Of a DNA stretch of 64,000 nucleotides, positions 52,916 through 64,000 are shown piece by piece. Origin of the DNA: Carcharhinus longimanus (taxonomy: Eukaryota); the NCBI GenBank assembly GCA_030264375.1, contig JASCQW010000098.1:77404558-77468557 (forward strand), read 5' to 3'. The position numbers were made by a program, and so were the translations under genes. The notes below the pieces were generated by a model, which was not told the DNA's origin, ran no database searches, and saw only the letters and a list, made by a program, of their open reading frames with translations. Position 1 is the stretch's first letter. Each line of letters starts with the position of its first letter.

Positions 52916-54697
52916 NNNNNNNNNNNNNNNNNNNNNNNNNNNNNNNNNNNNNNNNNNNNNNNNNNNNNNNNNNNNNNNNNNNNNNNNNNNNNNNNNNNNN
53001 NNNNNNNNNNNNNNNTAACTGGTCGGCGCAACATCGTGGGCCGAAGGGCCTGTTCTGCGCTGTAATGTTCTATGTTCTATGTTCTAACCGCCGCCTTTCT
53101 TCATTCCTGTCTGCAGCCTTGCATCTGCTGCTGCCCCTCTCTCCCTGACCTGCCCAAACCATCCATACTCAAGACCCTAGACTTACCCGTTGCCAGAGAT
53201 CTTTGGGCCCCCTCCACCCTCTTCTTACAGTTTCGACAACTCCCACTAATGCAGTCTGGGTGTTGCCATGAGCAATGCACTTGCTGGTCAATTTGATTGT
53301 CTGAAGGTGGGGACTTAGGCACAGGAATTGCTCAGCCCTTGTTTAGCCGTCCTGCAGCGGGTTGTAGCTACAGGCATGGGCCAGTGTGGAGCGAGTCAAA
53401 TTTGCTTCCAGGGGTGGGAGGGGCTGGAGGGTTGAATTTCAACTTCCTTTTGGAAATAAGCTGGGTAGCAGGGGCCTTCATGAAGTGGCATCAGGAGGGG
53501 AGCCTGATATTCCAGCATTTCTTACTGCTGTGTTATATTCTCACGATTCTCAGCGGCCTCCTGCTGGGTGACGTTGGGCGCACAACCGAAACCCACCCCT
53601 TCCAACACAGTAAATAAAAAATCTATGCCTTGCCTTTGAGATTAGCATGAAGTTGCTCTCTCATCCTGCAGCCTCAGCAGTGGCCTGGTCTTTTGGTGAA
53701 GCTGCTGAGGTTGTTGAGCTTCCAGCCTTCAATCGGACAGAGGCTCTGGTGGTGGCCTCTTCATTGTTCATCGCTGGTATAAACATGGGGCCATGCCCCA
53801 TTTATGTACTGCGCATTGGGACTACTTGTAATAAAATCCGGCTTTGATTTCTATTGCCTGCTTAATTACCTGCTACCACCAGTTGAGGCACCAGAGCTGA
53901 CCGCCAGGTCTCTCTGCCAATGTATCCTCTGGGTTGGTTCATGTCTAAGGTTAATAGTTTTCATCAGTGTCTGTCTTGGTGAGAGGCTTTAGTGATCAGA
54001 ACTGAAGTGGCAGCCTACAGTGCTTGTCTCATGGCAGGGTCACATGACAATGGCATGCTAGGTACTACACTTGGTAAGATTGCAATTTCAAAACCCAGAC
54101 ATCAGTAGTGCTGCCTATTTGGCAATTGTCACACTAGAAAGGATAGCTTGGAGAGGTGACAGCGTGGCTGCTGAAATTCTTTTCAGGTTTTTTGTATAAA
54201 AGAGGACAGAGCAGTTTAGTGATTGAATTCCAGAGACTACTGTTAAGATATATGAGGTCTTCATAACTCTCGTGCAAAGGTTGGTGTAGTGAGCTGATAT
54301 TAATTGGGGTGCAATAAGAAAAGTGGGGTAAACAGGTGGACAAATTTGAAGAGGCAAAGTGGGATTTGAAAGCGAGAAATAAAAGATGATTAGATTTATT
54401 ATAATGGTAGAAATGGCAGAACTGTTGAATAATGTCTACTTTTGAGTATATTATTCTCCCCTCAATCTGGTTTCCAATGTGGGTGCCATAAGCATAGACA
54501 TGGGTCCAGGGTGGAAGAGGAAAAGCACAATGTTAAAATGGCGGCGCGGGCTCGTTGGGCCGAAGGGCCTGTTTCCCGTGTTGTGTTGTGTTGTTCTTTG
54601 TAAGTTGGGCTGAAGAATGTGTGTCAGTGCTGTCAGCCGTGTTGAAACTTCTATGGTTCAGGCCGTCCCAGTAATGGAACTATGTTTCAATAGATAG

Positions 54698-55044
54698 GTG
54701 GCACGGTAGCTCAGTGGTTAGCACTGATGCTTCACAGCTCCAAGGACCTGGGTTCGATTCCCGACTTGGGTCACTGTCTGTATGGAGTTTGCACATTCTC
54801 CTTGCGTCTGCATAGGTTTCCTCTGGGTGCTCCGGTTTCCTCCCAGCAGTCCAAAGATGTGTGGGTTAGGTTGATTGGCCATCCTAAAATTGCCCTTTAG
54901 TGTCCTGAGATATGTAGGTTAGAGGGATTAGTGGGTAAAATGTGTAGGGATATGGGGATAGGGACCAGGTGGGATTGTGGTCAGTGCAGACTCAATGGGC
55001 TGAATGGCCTCTTTTTGCACTGTACAGTTTCTACGATTCTATGA
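54698..55044 (+). mobile_element. HE1-like V-SINE ending about 70 bp upstream of exon 5
   Basis: ggtagctcagtggttagcac A box, gggttcgattccc B box, V-domain and HER1-type tail. Confidence 0.9.
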
Positions 55045-55113
55045 TGTTGGATGCAAAATGAAGATGATTTCCAAGTTCATTTTACTTATAGTCATCTTTT
55101 TTTCCCTTCATAG

Positions 55114-55190
55114 AATCCACCTACTGTGCTGCTTATTCATGAACTGAGCAAGCATGAAGGGGCTTGGACAATCGTTCCCATAATACCACA
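55114..55190 (+). CDS. B3GLCT: B3GLCT coding exon 5 (NPPTVLLIHELSKHEGAWTIVPIIP)
   Basis: Pyrimidine tract plus TAG acceptor, GTGAGT donor, 77 nt; matches human [26 protein letters not shown]. Confidence 0.95.
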
Positions 55191-57009
55191 GTGAGTATCT
55201 CGTCTAAAGTAGACAGAATCCGTGGAAAATTGGAGTGTTCCTGTTTATGGATATGAGACGTGTGTGTGTAAGGATAGTAATGCTCTCTGCTGAAGCAGGG
55301 GTTTAAGTGTGTGCTAACATAGTTAATTTGTTTTAAGAGAATATAATTTAAATAATTAAGAATCAACTGATTTACAGTGTATCCCAAATCTATATCTTGG
55401 AATCCATTTTTAAAATGGAGAATGATATTTTATCCATGTATCTTTCACCTGCAACCCACAACGAGCGCACATAATGGATAAAGTAAACAAGAACTCCAAC
55501 TCACAGAAAGTACAAACTGTTCCACTTAATGGACAGTAATTTGTGTTTTGAAAAGGGAACTAAAATTTAATTAAAGTTCCCACTGTGGAGTTGGCCGAGA
55601 CTCTCACTGTTGATATGTCATCATAAAAACGTTAGCTGTTTTCAATTATGAGCAACAATGAATTGAAGAGGGTTGCCAAGATGAAGTTGAGCTAATCACT
55701 TTTTGAATTTCAAGGGATCTTGTAAGTGATTCAAATCTTTTGTATCAGTGCACTTACTGAAAATTGCACAACCATATATATACAGAAGATACTATCTGTA
55801 TAAGACTAAAAATCAGAACCTTTTAGAAGCATAAGAGCCAGTTTTGTCAAAATATAAACTATTCCTCTGGTCGGAATGTATGCTTTTGAAATATGTGAAC
55901 TCTTGATTACGATTTTGTAAAAAAAAACAACTTATTGTAAGACTGACTTAACCAATATATATGATGAAAGAATCCAGAAATAATGAATAGCTGAATGACA
56001 AGAAGATTCTACATTAGCTCCTAGTCAGTGCATGTCTTCAGGCAATAGTCGTAGTCCCAATTGTTTTCAACAGGGGTTGGAACAATGTTTACCAAAACAA
56101 TAACACATATGCTCCTATCATGTAAGAAAATAAGAGGGTGGTAGAGAATGCATTTTATTCATCAAATGATTTATAATTTAGTCAAATATTTTTTACCTGC
56201 ATCTAACTTTCCAGAATTTGGTGTTTATGTTCAGAAGGTTGAAAAGAAGTTACACAATTAAAATGCTGTGAAATAGTTATTAATTTATGCATAAGTAAAG
56301 AATGTTTCCCAAAGCATCATTGAAGTAATCTTTATTTTGGAATCATGGGCCGATTTTCAAAGGGCTGTGGGGTTGGGGCCTGCTGTGGGGGGAATCAGGA
56401 TATTAAATTTGATGATCAGCCATGATCAAGATGAATGGCAGAGTAGGCTCGAAGGGCCGAATAGCCTGCTCCTGCTTCTAGTTTCTGTGTTTCTATGAAT
56501 CATTAGTCCTGGAAGTTGTGTTGACATCCTGACACTTCAGGAACAGTGTTGTATTTTCGAAGGACCAGTCAGGGGATCGGGAAACATAGTCCCCAACAAT
56601 TAAAGACCCCTTGAGCTCACGAAGCAGCTTGTTTAAGGACCTGTCAGTTCAGGTTTGGAATTTTCAAATTTTTTCTGAGCGAGCCCAAACTGTCTGATGC
56701 ACATTAGTGCACTGTTGTTGGGTTTGCCATGGGACCCAGATAATTTCCTCTGTAGTTGTTTTGAGTTGAAATCTGAGGGGTCAGCTAGTATGATAAGAGT
56801 TGCATCAAACCTTGGGAGTCCCATTTTCATTTATGACCACCCTGTCTTCCCAAGAAGTGCCCGTTCTAATTGGCAAGTCAGTGGCAGCCCTGAACATGAC
56901 TGCTGCGAGCATCAGAGAGCTCTCACTCACCTGGATGTGCTCGCTGCCTCTAATGCCATGCTTACCTCACCTGTGGGGCAACTCAGCCATTGAAATTTAA
57001 GACTAATGT

Positions 57010-57800
57010 GAGGAACATAAGAACAACAATGGCCATAGCCTAGTCTTCTACTTCCTTTTCTCCACTACCACTATCATCCCTTCATATCTTCCCTAGCTAG
57101 AAATCTATCAAGTTCTGTCTGACTGAGCCTCCACAGCTCTCTGCGGTAGAGAATTCCAAAGATTTGCAGAAATTCCTCCTCATCTCTGTCCTAAATGGTC
57201 CATTACTTATTCTGAGCCAACGTCCTCTGTTTCAAGATCTCTCCGACCAGAGGAAGTGTCCTTCCTTCCTGCCAAGCCCTGGAAGAATTTTGTACGTTTC
57301 AATGAAATCACCTCTCATTTTTCTAAACTCTAGAAAATACAGGCCCATTTTTGTCAACCTGTCCTCCTAAGACAATCCTGCCATCCCAAGTATCAGTCCA
57401 GTAAATCTCCATGGCAAGATTATCCTTCCTTAGGTAAGGTGACCAAAACTGTAGGCAGTACTGCAGATGCAGCCGAGGTGTGGTCTTACCAAGCCTCGAA
57501 TACAATTGCAGAAAGACATCTTTACTCTTGTATTCAGGTCTTCTTGCAACAAAGGCCAACATAACATGTGTATCCCTAATTACCTGCTGCACCTGCATGT
57601 TAGTTTTCACGATTTAAAAAATACTCTGCATTTCTGTTTTTCCAACGCAAGTGGATAACTTCACATTATACTCCATTTGCACTCACTTAGCCTGTCTAAA
57701 TCTGCTGAAAGCCTCTTTGTGTGCTCCTCATAACTCAACATCCCCACCTAGTTTTGTGTCATCAGCAAACTCAGAAATATTGCATTTGGTTTCCACATCC
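57010..57800 (-). mobile_element. Decayed CR1 3' fragment
   Basis: MQVQQVIR...LAFVAR..EYKSKDVFLQLY...YCLQFWSPYLRKD; FADDTKL remnant near 57750. Confidence 0.75.
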
Positions 57801-60611
57801 CAATAACAATGTTGTGGTCAATGTCACAAACATTATGTACAAACATTACAGCAAATTCAGATGAGGGCAAATGAAGGTTAAACACAGCAGTTCGGATGTT
57901 GTTGTCCAAGGTTCACTACTGCACTGTTAGCTTCATGAAAACAGCATCCTGCTCTCTGCCTCACCATTCTAATGGATTGCATAGTGTGAAATTGCTGCAG
58001 TAGATACAAACCAAATGCACACACAAATTTTATACTAAAATCATTTCAAGCTTGTTATTCAACTTCTAATTTAAACACTTTCCAAATATTCCAGTTTAAT
58101 CAGACAAACAAGGACAGTAATTCAATTATTTATTTAACACTTCTAGTATCAACTTAAACATAAACAGTTGCAACTCATTAACTCTTTACGGAACTTTAAC
58201 TCTAAATGAACATCGACTTTCAACTGAAATTTAACTCTTAAACTGCACATTCACTTTAACTGAGCATTAACTAACTAAACATCAACTTTAATTATTTAAC
58301 TGAGAATAGATACTATTGATTTCAGGAAAACTTGGTCAAGAAATATCCTCAATGTAGAATCTATCTTCTTCTGCTCTGAAGCATCCTTCGGGGTACAGGT
58401 CTCCTTGTGACGGTTGGTTTCTTCAAGTTATCACTGGCAAACAAAGGCTCACACGTCTTTTTATCTACAATTCTCCACTTGCTTCCAGAAGATTCTGTCA
58501 TCCAGCCAATTAATTGATCAGAAACACCAATTGGGCCAATCAAATACAGCCAGAATAGTGGCATTGGTCACTCCAGACCTCATCATACCTAGGTTCCTTA
58601 AGTGCATATTGTTTATAATTCAATGCCCAGATAAGGAACATTGGCTCTGTAAGGAACTCCTCCCTGCTAAGGACAAGCTGTTAAATCTGACGCCTTGTGC
58701 CCTTTAACAAATTCCAAGCCATTGGCCACAAGAAATCCCAGCATTCTTAACTCTCAGCCAGAAATGCCATTTTAAAACCATATTGCTATTATTGTTGCTA
58801 AATTCTTATTGCAGCTGCTGTTTCTCCATCCACAAGCTTAAATATCCTTTTAACCGTGTGATAAATGCGAATTACTGTTAGGCAATATTTCTGTCACTGA
58901 AAATTGCCTATTACAAGTCTGGGATCTCACTCCTACAGATTTTAACTGCTATGGAAGATCAAAAAACCAAAGCTTTTTTTCATATGTTTCTTTCTTGTTG
59001 CTGTTACTTTCAGAAATGTCTCCAAATGCAGTCACTACTGTTGCTATACATATGATAGAAATGTTGTGCAGGGCTATGATCTCATAAAAATGTATGGAAT
59101 GAATTGCCACTTTATTTGTTTTTGGCATTAGTTGAGGAAAGATTGTTGTTAGAGGCAACAGAAAGAAAACCTTCTGTTCCTCAGATGGTTTCATGTTCGA
59201 CTTTGATCTGATTTAATTGGTGAAGCTTCCAACAAATCAACAGTCATTCTTAATTGCCGCAGTGCGTCAGCCTAGATTTACATCCTGGATGATGCTTAAT
59301 GTGAAGTAAGTGTTTAGGTGGGAAGGCTTATTTCATGCTACATTTCAATTTGCTATAGTTTCAATCCCAGTGATGATCAACACAATCTTCTCTACTGCGC
59401 CCAGGACGTGCAGATGAACTCGGCCTCCATATTGTTACAACTCTGGAAAGTCGTCAGAATAATTGACTGGCTGAAGTTCTATACCTACTGTAAAGTAACT
59501 ACCATGTAGAAAACTCATAGTGAGTAAGCACTTAAACTGTCAAGTTTAGTTTTTCAATCTCTGACAACAAAACAAGTAAATCAGCTAAGAAATACAGCAT
59601 ATGTGCAGCCTTTTTTTGCAAACTACAGGCAGTTCAAGTTGTTAATTGGTATCTATAATATTATTGACAAACGGACAAGAGTGGAATTACACTTATGCAT
59701 TACACTAGTCTGGACATACGGGTGATAGTTTCTGAAGCTGGGTCTCCTTCAGTCTTAGTTTTTCATTTCCTTTTCAGAGGTTAGCAGCCGTAATGTGCAT
59801 TTGCACCATTTCCTGCTTTCTTCTAGATTTCAGATTTCTAAAATTTTTATCTGTTCTGATAATGTGCCACATTCTTAAGCTTGGAAATTTTCCTGAGCCA
59901 CAGTAATCTGCTGCTAGTTAAATATGTCTTAAAGTAAAGGATAAAAACCCCTTAAAGATGGTCTATTTCTCTTATTCATAGGCATTCATTGTGACCACAC
60001 TTTGTATTTTAAAAAGTTATTTTGTTGCGATTCGAATTATAATGCATCCGTGTAAATTTAGTCAGCCTCAAAACACTGATATTCAGTGATATTCTAAAAA
60101 GCGTGATCTTTACAGTGGCTTTCTCTGACTTCTTCCAATGGCAACATGAATCACATGGGCCTTGTATCTAGGTAGAAATGATAAATAGCTATAATTGAGA
60201 GCCTGACTTTTTTCCATCTTGGAACTAAATAGAAAGTTCAAAGCAGAACTTTTTACAATCTTGCATTTTCAACACTTCTGGGACTCTGGCGATTCAGTCT
60301 CTACAGTTAACACGCAGGTTGCTGCCATTATCTCAAAACATAAATATCTTGCTGCTTTTCCAATATAAAACAATCTAAGCTTTCATTTGATTGTTAACAA
60401 GTAATCCATCCAGGTTTACTGTTGGATGGACTTAAAGAACAGGTCACATGACCCTTAAATTAAGTTTAAGTTTTAAGTTTATTTATTAGTGTCACAAGTA
60501 GATTTACATTAACACTGCAGTGAAGGTACTGTGGAAGTCCCCCAGCAAGACATAGTCCCAAAACAACAATCCTATAAACCTCCTATTTGTGGCAATGTCA
60601 CTTCTAATGAT

Positions 60612-60826
60612 AAACACAGTAAGAAGTCTCAGAACACCAGGTTAAAGTCCCACAGGTTTATTTGGTGTCACGAGTTTTCAGAGTGCCGCTCCTCTATCAG
60701 GCGAGTCACCTGATGAAGGAGCAGCGCTTTGAAAGCTTGTGATACAAAATAAACCTGTTTGACTTTACCCTGGTGTTCTGAGACTTCTTATTGTGCCCAT
60801 CTCAGTCCAATGCCGACATCTCCACC
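60612..60826. mobile_element. Family-A Penelope-derived palindromic insertion with the best-preserved hammerhead core
   Basis: About 90-bp inverted arms; tcac-CTGATGA-a-ggagc-agc-gcttt-GAAA-gctt-gtga at 60706-60742. Confidence 0.7.
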
Positions 60827-61053
60827 TGATGAAAATCAGAAGACTGCATAGGATGGAGAGGTGAGATGTGGAAGGTAGATGATTCTCTATAGTTTCAATC
60901 CCAATGATGATCAGCACAATCTTCTCTACTGCGCTCAGGACATGCAGATGACCNNNNNNNNNNNNNNNNNNNNNNNNNNNNNNNNNNNNNNNNNNNNNNN
61001 NNNNNNNNNNNNNNNNNNNNNNNNNNNNNNNNNNNNNNNNNNNNNNNNNNNNN

Positions 61054-61238
61054 AGTGGCCCCAAAACAGATCCCTGAGGCACACCACTTGTAACCGAACT
61101 CCATGACGAATACTTACCATCAACCACCACTCTCTGTCTCCTATCTGCTAGCCAATTCCTGATCCAATTAACTAAATCACCCTCAATCCCATACAACTGC
61201 ATTTTCTGCAGAAGCCTTCCATGGTGAACCTTATCAAA
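61054..61238 (-). mobile_element. CR1 RT fragment
   Basis: FDKVHHGRLL...WIRNWLADRRQRVVV...SGVPQGSVLGP. Confidence 0.9.
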
Positions 61239-62371
61239 TAGTAATATTGCAGAAGTAAGTGGGCTCAATTGGAAAGTGGAAAATGCCATTTCATGCCCAA
61301 TCTCACAGCAGCAGACAACACCCTCGTTTCATGCTGATAAACATCAGCACAGATTTCCCACTCTTGCTGTGACCGTGCGACCTGCATTCTGACTCCTGTT
61401 TTCGAATTTGATCCAATTTTCAAGACCAAGCTTCGGTCTTAAGATGATTCCTAAATGTTTATTATTGAAAGTTCTTTGTAAGTGTATCTTTAAGAGGGAA
61501 TGTAATTTATTGAAGAGAGAACTGGAGCAGACATTCAATCACTTCCCCATCCACCAGGAGTTTAGGTGCCAGGCTGTTAGGTGATGATTACAAATATTTA
61601 GTTCCAGTCGCAACTGCTGAGATAATGAAGCAGCCCAGGCTGGGTCAGAAAATTGTCTTCTTTGTTATCTTTCCTTTTCCTTCCATCCTTCCCTCATTTC
61701 TACTTGTTGCCTGATTTTTTTCTGCCTGCTTTCTTAACGAGGCACTGCTGTCGACTGATTTCCAGTTTTGACCTGAGTGCTTTTATCCTCTCTGCACACT
61801 GCATGCAAGCTTTCCAGGGTTGTGGTTGTGCTTTTTGAACATGTTTGTGCAGTTTCTGAGCCACGCATTTTCATCCTTGGTATCTGCGTCTCTGCCAGCT
61901 GAACATACTCATTTAATTGCAGATGCCTTTTTACTGCACGAAAAATGCTATAAACAGTTTTGAATGGCTTTCTGCGACCTATTTGAAATGATAAGCAACA
62001 ACAAGCTGCATTTATAAAGTATGTTTATCTTAAGAGAAAACATCAGGAGGTGTTCCNNNNNNNNNNTCCTGATAAACAATGTTACTGAGCCAAGAAAAGA
62101 GAGAACAGACTGTGTGGTAGGGTCTGAAGATAATGATCTCTGTGGCTGCAGTGTTTCATTTGTTCAAATTGCAGCTCATCCAGGTTTGAATGTTGGGAGA
62201 ATACGCTGATAACACAGAGCCGGTGGAGGGGGCAGAAAAGATAGAAAGCTAAAATTGATTGCCCTGTAAACGGTCACACGTTTAACTCATTTCCTTTGAG
62301 TGCAATGAGACAATTTTGCACTGCCTCCAGTTTTTGCTGATACTGTTTCAGGCAGTGTAAACAGCCTAGGA

Positions 62372-64000
62372 TGTGTATCAGACATTTCAGAAGGATAGAC
62401 AGGAAGGAAAAGGAGGTGGGGTTGCTCTGTTAATTAAGGATAACATCAGGGCGGTGGTGAGAGATGATGTAAGTTCTAAGGAGCAAAATGTGGAATCAAT
62501 GTGGGTGGAGATAAGGAATAGTAAGGGGAGAAAGTCACTGGTGGATGTGGTCTATAGGCCCCCAAATAGCAACTACAAGGTGGGGTGGACTATAAACAAG
62601 CAAATAACAGATGCGTGCAAAACGGAATGGCAATAATCAAGGGGGATTTTAACTTACATATTGATTGGCCGACTCAAGTCAGACGTGGTGGACTTGAGGA
62701 AGAGTCCTTAGAATGCTGTTGGGATAGTTTCCTCGAACAGAATGGTACAGAACCTACAAGAGAGCAAGCTATCTTGGATCTGGTCCTGTGTAATGAGACA
62801 GGTAAAATTAATGATCTTTTTGTGAGGGATCCTCTTGGAATGAGTGATCACAATATGGTTGAATTTCTAATACAGATGGAGGATGAGAAAGTAGGGTCCC
62901 AAACCAGTGTCCGCTGCTTGAACAAAGGGGAGTACGATAGGGTGAGGGCAGAGTTGGCTAATGTAGACTGGGAGCGCAGACTAGTTGTAGGACAGCTGAG
63001 GAACAGTGAAGGATTTTTAAGGAGATTTTTCTCAGTACTCAGCAAAAATATATTCCAGTGAAAAGGAATGTAAAAAATGAGTAATCAGCCGTGGATAATT
63101 AAGGAAATAAAGGAGAGTATTAAACTAAAAACTAATGCGTACAGAGTGGCCAAAACTAGTGAGGAACTAGAAGATTGAGAAAGCTTTAAAAAACAACAAA
63201 GAACTACTAAGAATGTGACAAAGAAAGGAAAGATAGATTATGAAACTAAATTAGCACAAAGTATAAAAACTGATAGTAAAAGATTTTACAAATATATAAA
63301 AAGGAAAAGAGTGGCTAAAGTAAACGTTGGACCCCTAGAAGATGAGAAGGGGGATTTAATAATGGGAAACGAGGAAATAACCGAGGGCTTAAACAAGTTT
63401 TTTGTGTCGGCCTTCACAGTGGAGGACACAAATAGCGTACTGAAAATTGACGGTCGTGGGACTATAGGGGGTGAGGACCTTAAAACGATTACTATTACTA
63501 AAGAGGTAGTGCTTGGTAGGCTAATGGGACTAAAGGTAGATGAGTCCCCAGGACCGGACGGAATGCATCCCAGGGTACTAAAAGAAACGGCAGAAGTAAT
63601 AGCAGATGCGTTAGTTGTAAATTATCAAAATTTGCTGGACTCTGGGGAGGTGCCAACTGATTGGAAAACAGCTAATGTGACACCACTGTTTAAAAAAGGA
63701 GGTAGACAAAAGACGGGTAACTACAGGTTGGTTAGGTTAATGTCAGTAATTGGGAAAATGCTGGAACCCATCGTTTGGGAAGAAATCGCAGGACACCTTG
63801 AAAAGAATGGTTCAATCAAGCAGATGCAGCATGGATTCATGAAGGGAAAGTCATGTTTAACAAATTTACTGGATTTTTAAGAAGATGTAATGAGTGTGGT
63901 TGACAGAGGGGAACTGGTGGATGTGGTGTTTTTAGATTTCCAGTTTGATAAAGTACCTCACAAAAGGTTGCTGCATAAGATCAAGGTGCACGGAGTTGGT
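62372..64000 (+). mobile_element. CR1 LINE ORF2 (endonuclease plus start of RT), disrupted, runs off the window
   Basis: YRPP, GDFN, SDH, SPGPDG.HPRVLKE, TPLFKKG...NYR and QHGF.KGKSCLTNLL motifs, with stops and frameshifts. Confidence 0.92.

Noticed and set aside
54698-54775. tRNA genes at SINE heads
   Set aside because: A/B boxes run straight into the V-domain and LINE tail; these are SINE heads without a full cloverleaf.
55191-64000. B3GLCT exon 6 (expected ...WIFFCEEETR...)
   Set aside because: No matching sequence with splice sites seen; probably downstream of the window or in a gap.
62372-64000. Active LINE or domesticated RT gene
   Set aside because: Multiple in-frame stops and frameshifts; an ordinary decayed CR1 copy.

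Overview
Vertebrate genomic DNA, almost certainly a shark (HE1-like V-SINEs, HER1/CR1 LINE tails, SacSINE1-like Deu-domain SINEs), from a draft assembly with many ~100-N gaps. One host gene is supported: coding exons 1-5 of B3GLCT (beta-1,3-glucosyltransferase) on the + strand (3057-55190), with canonical GT-AG junctions and consistent phases. Exon 6 onward was not found in the window. The rest is intronic and dominated by decayed CR1/HER1, Rex1, L2, Penelope-like and Harbinger-like elements and SINEs; most six-frame ORFs are repeat-derived or N-spanning artefacts. The most unusual object is a roughly 300-bp element in intron 3 (17868-18163, second diverged copy 18974-19201). It carries two U2 snRNA 5'-end fragments, a multi-hairpin body and an A-rich tail, and is a candidate U2-headed SINE or U2-targeting non-autonomous retroelement. 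Also notable are short palindromic Penelope-derived insertions with 10-14-bp target-site duplications and minimal hammerhead-ribozyme cores. Family names come from recalled consensus motifs, not a database search, and repeat boundaries are approximate.
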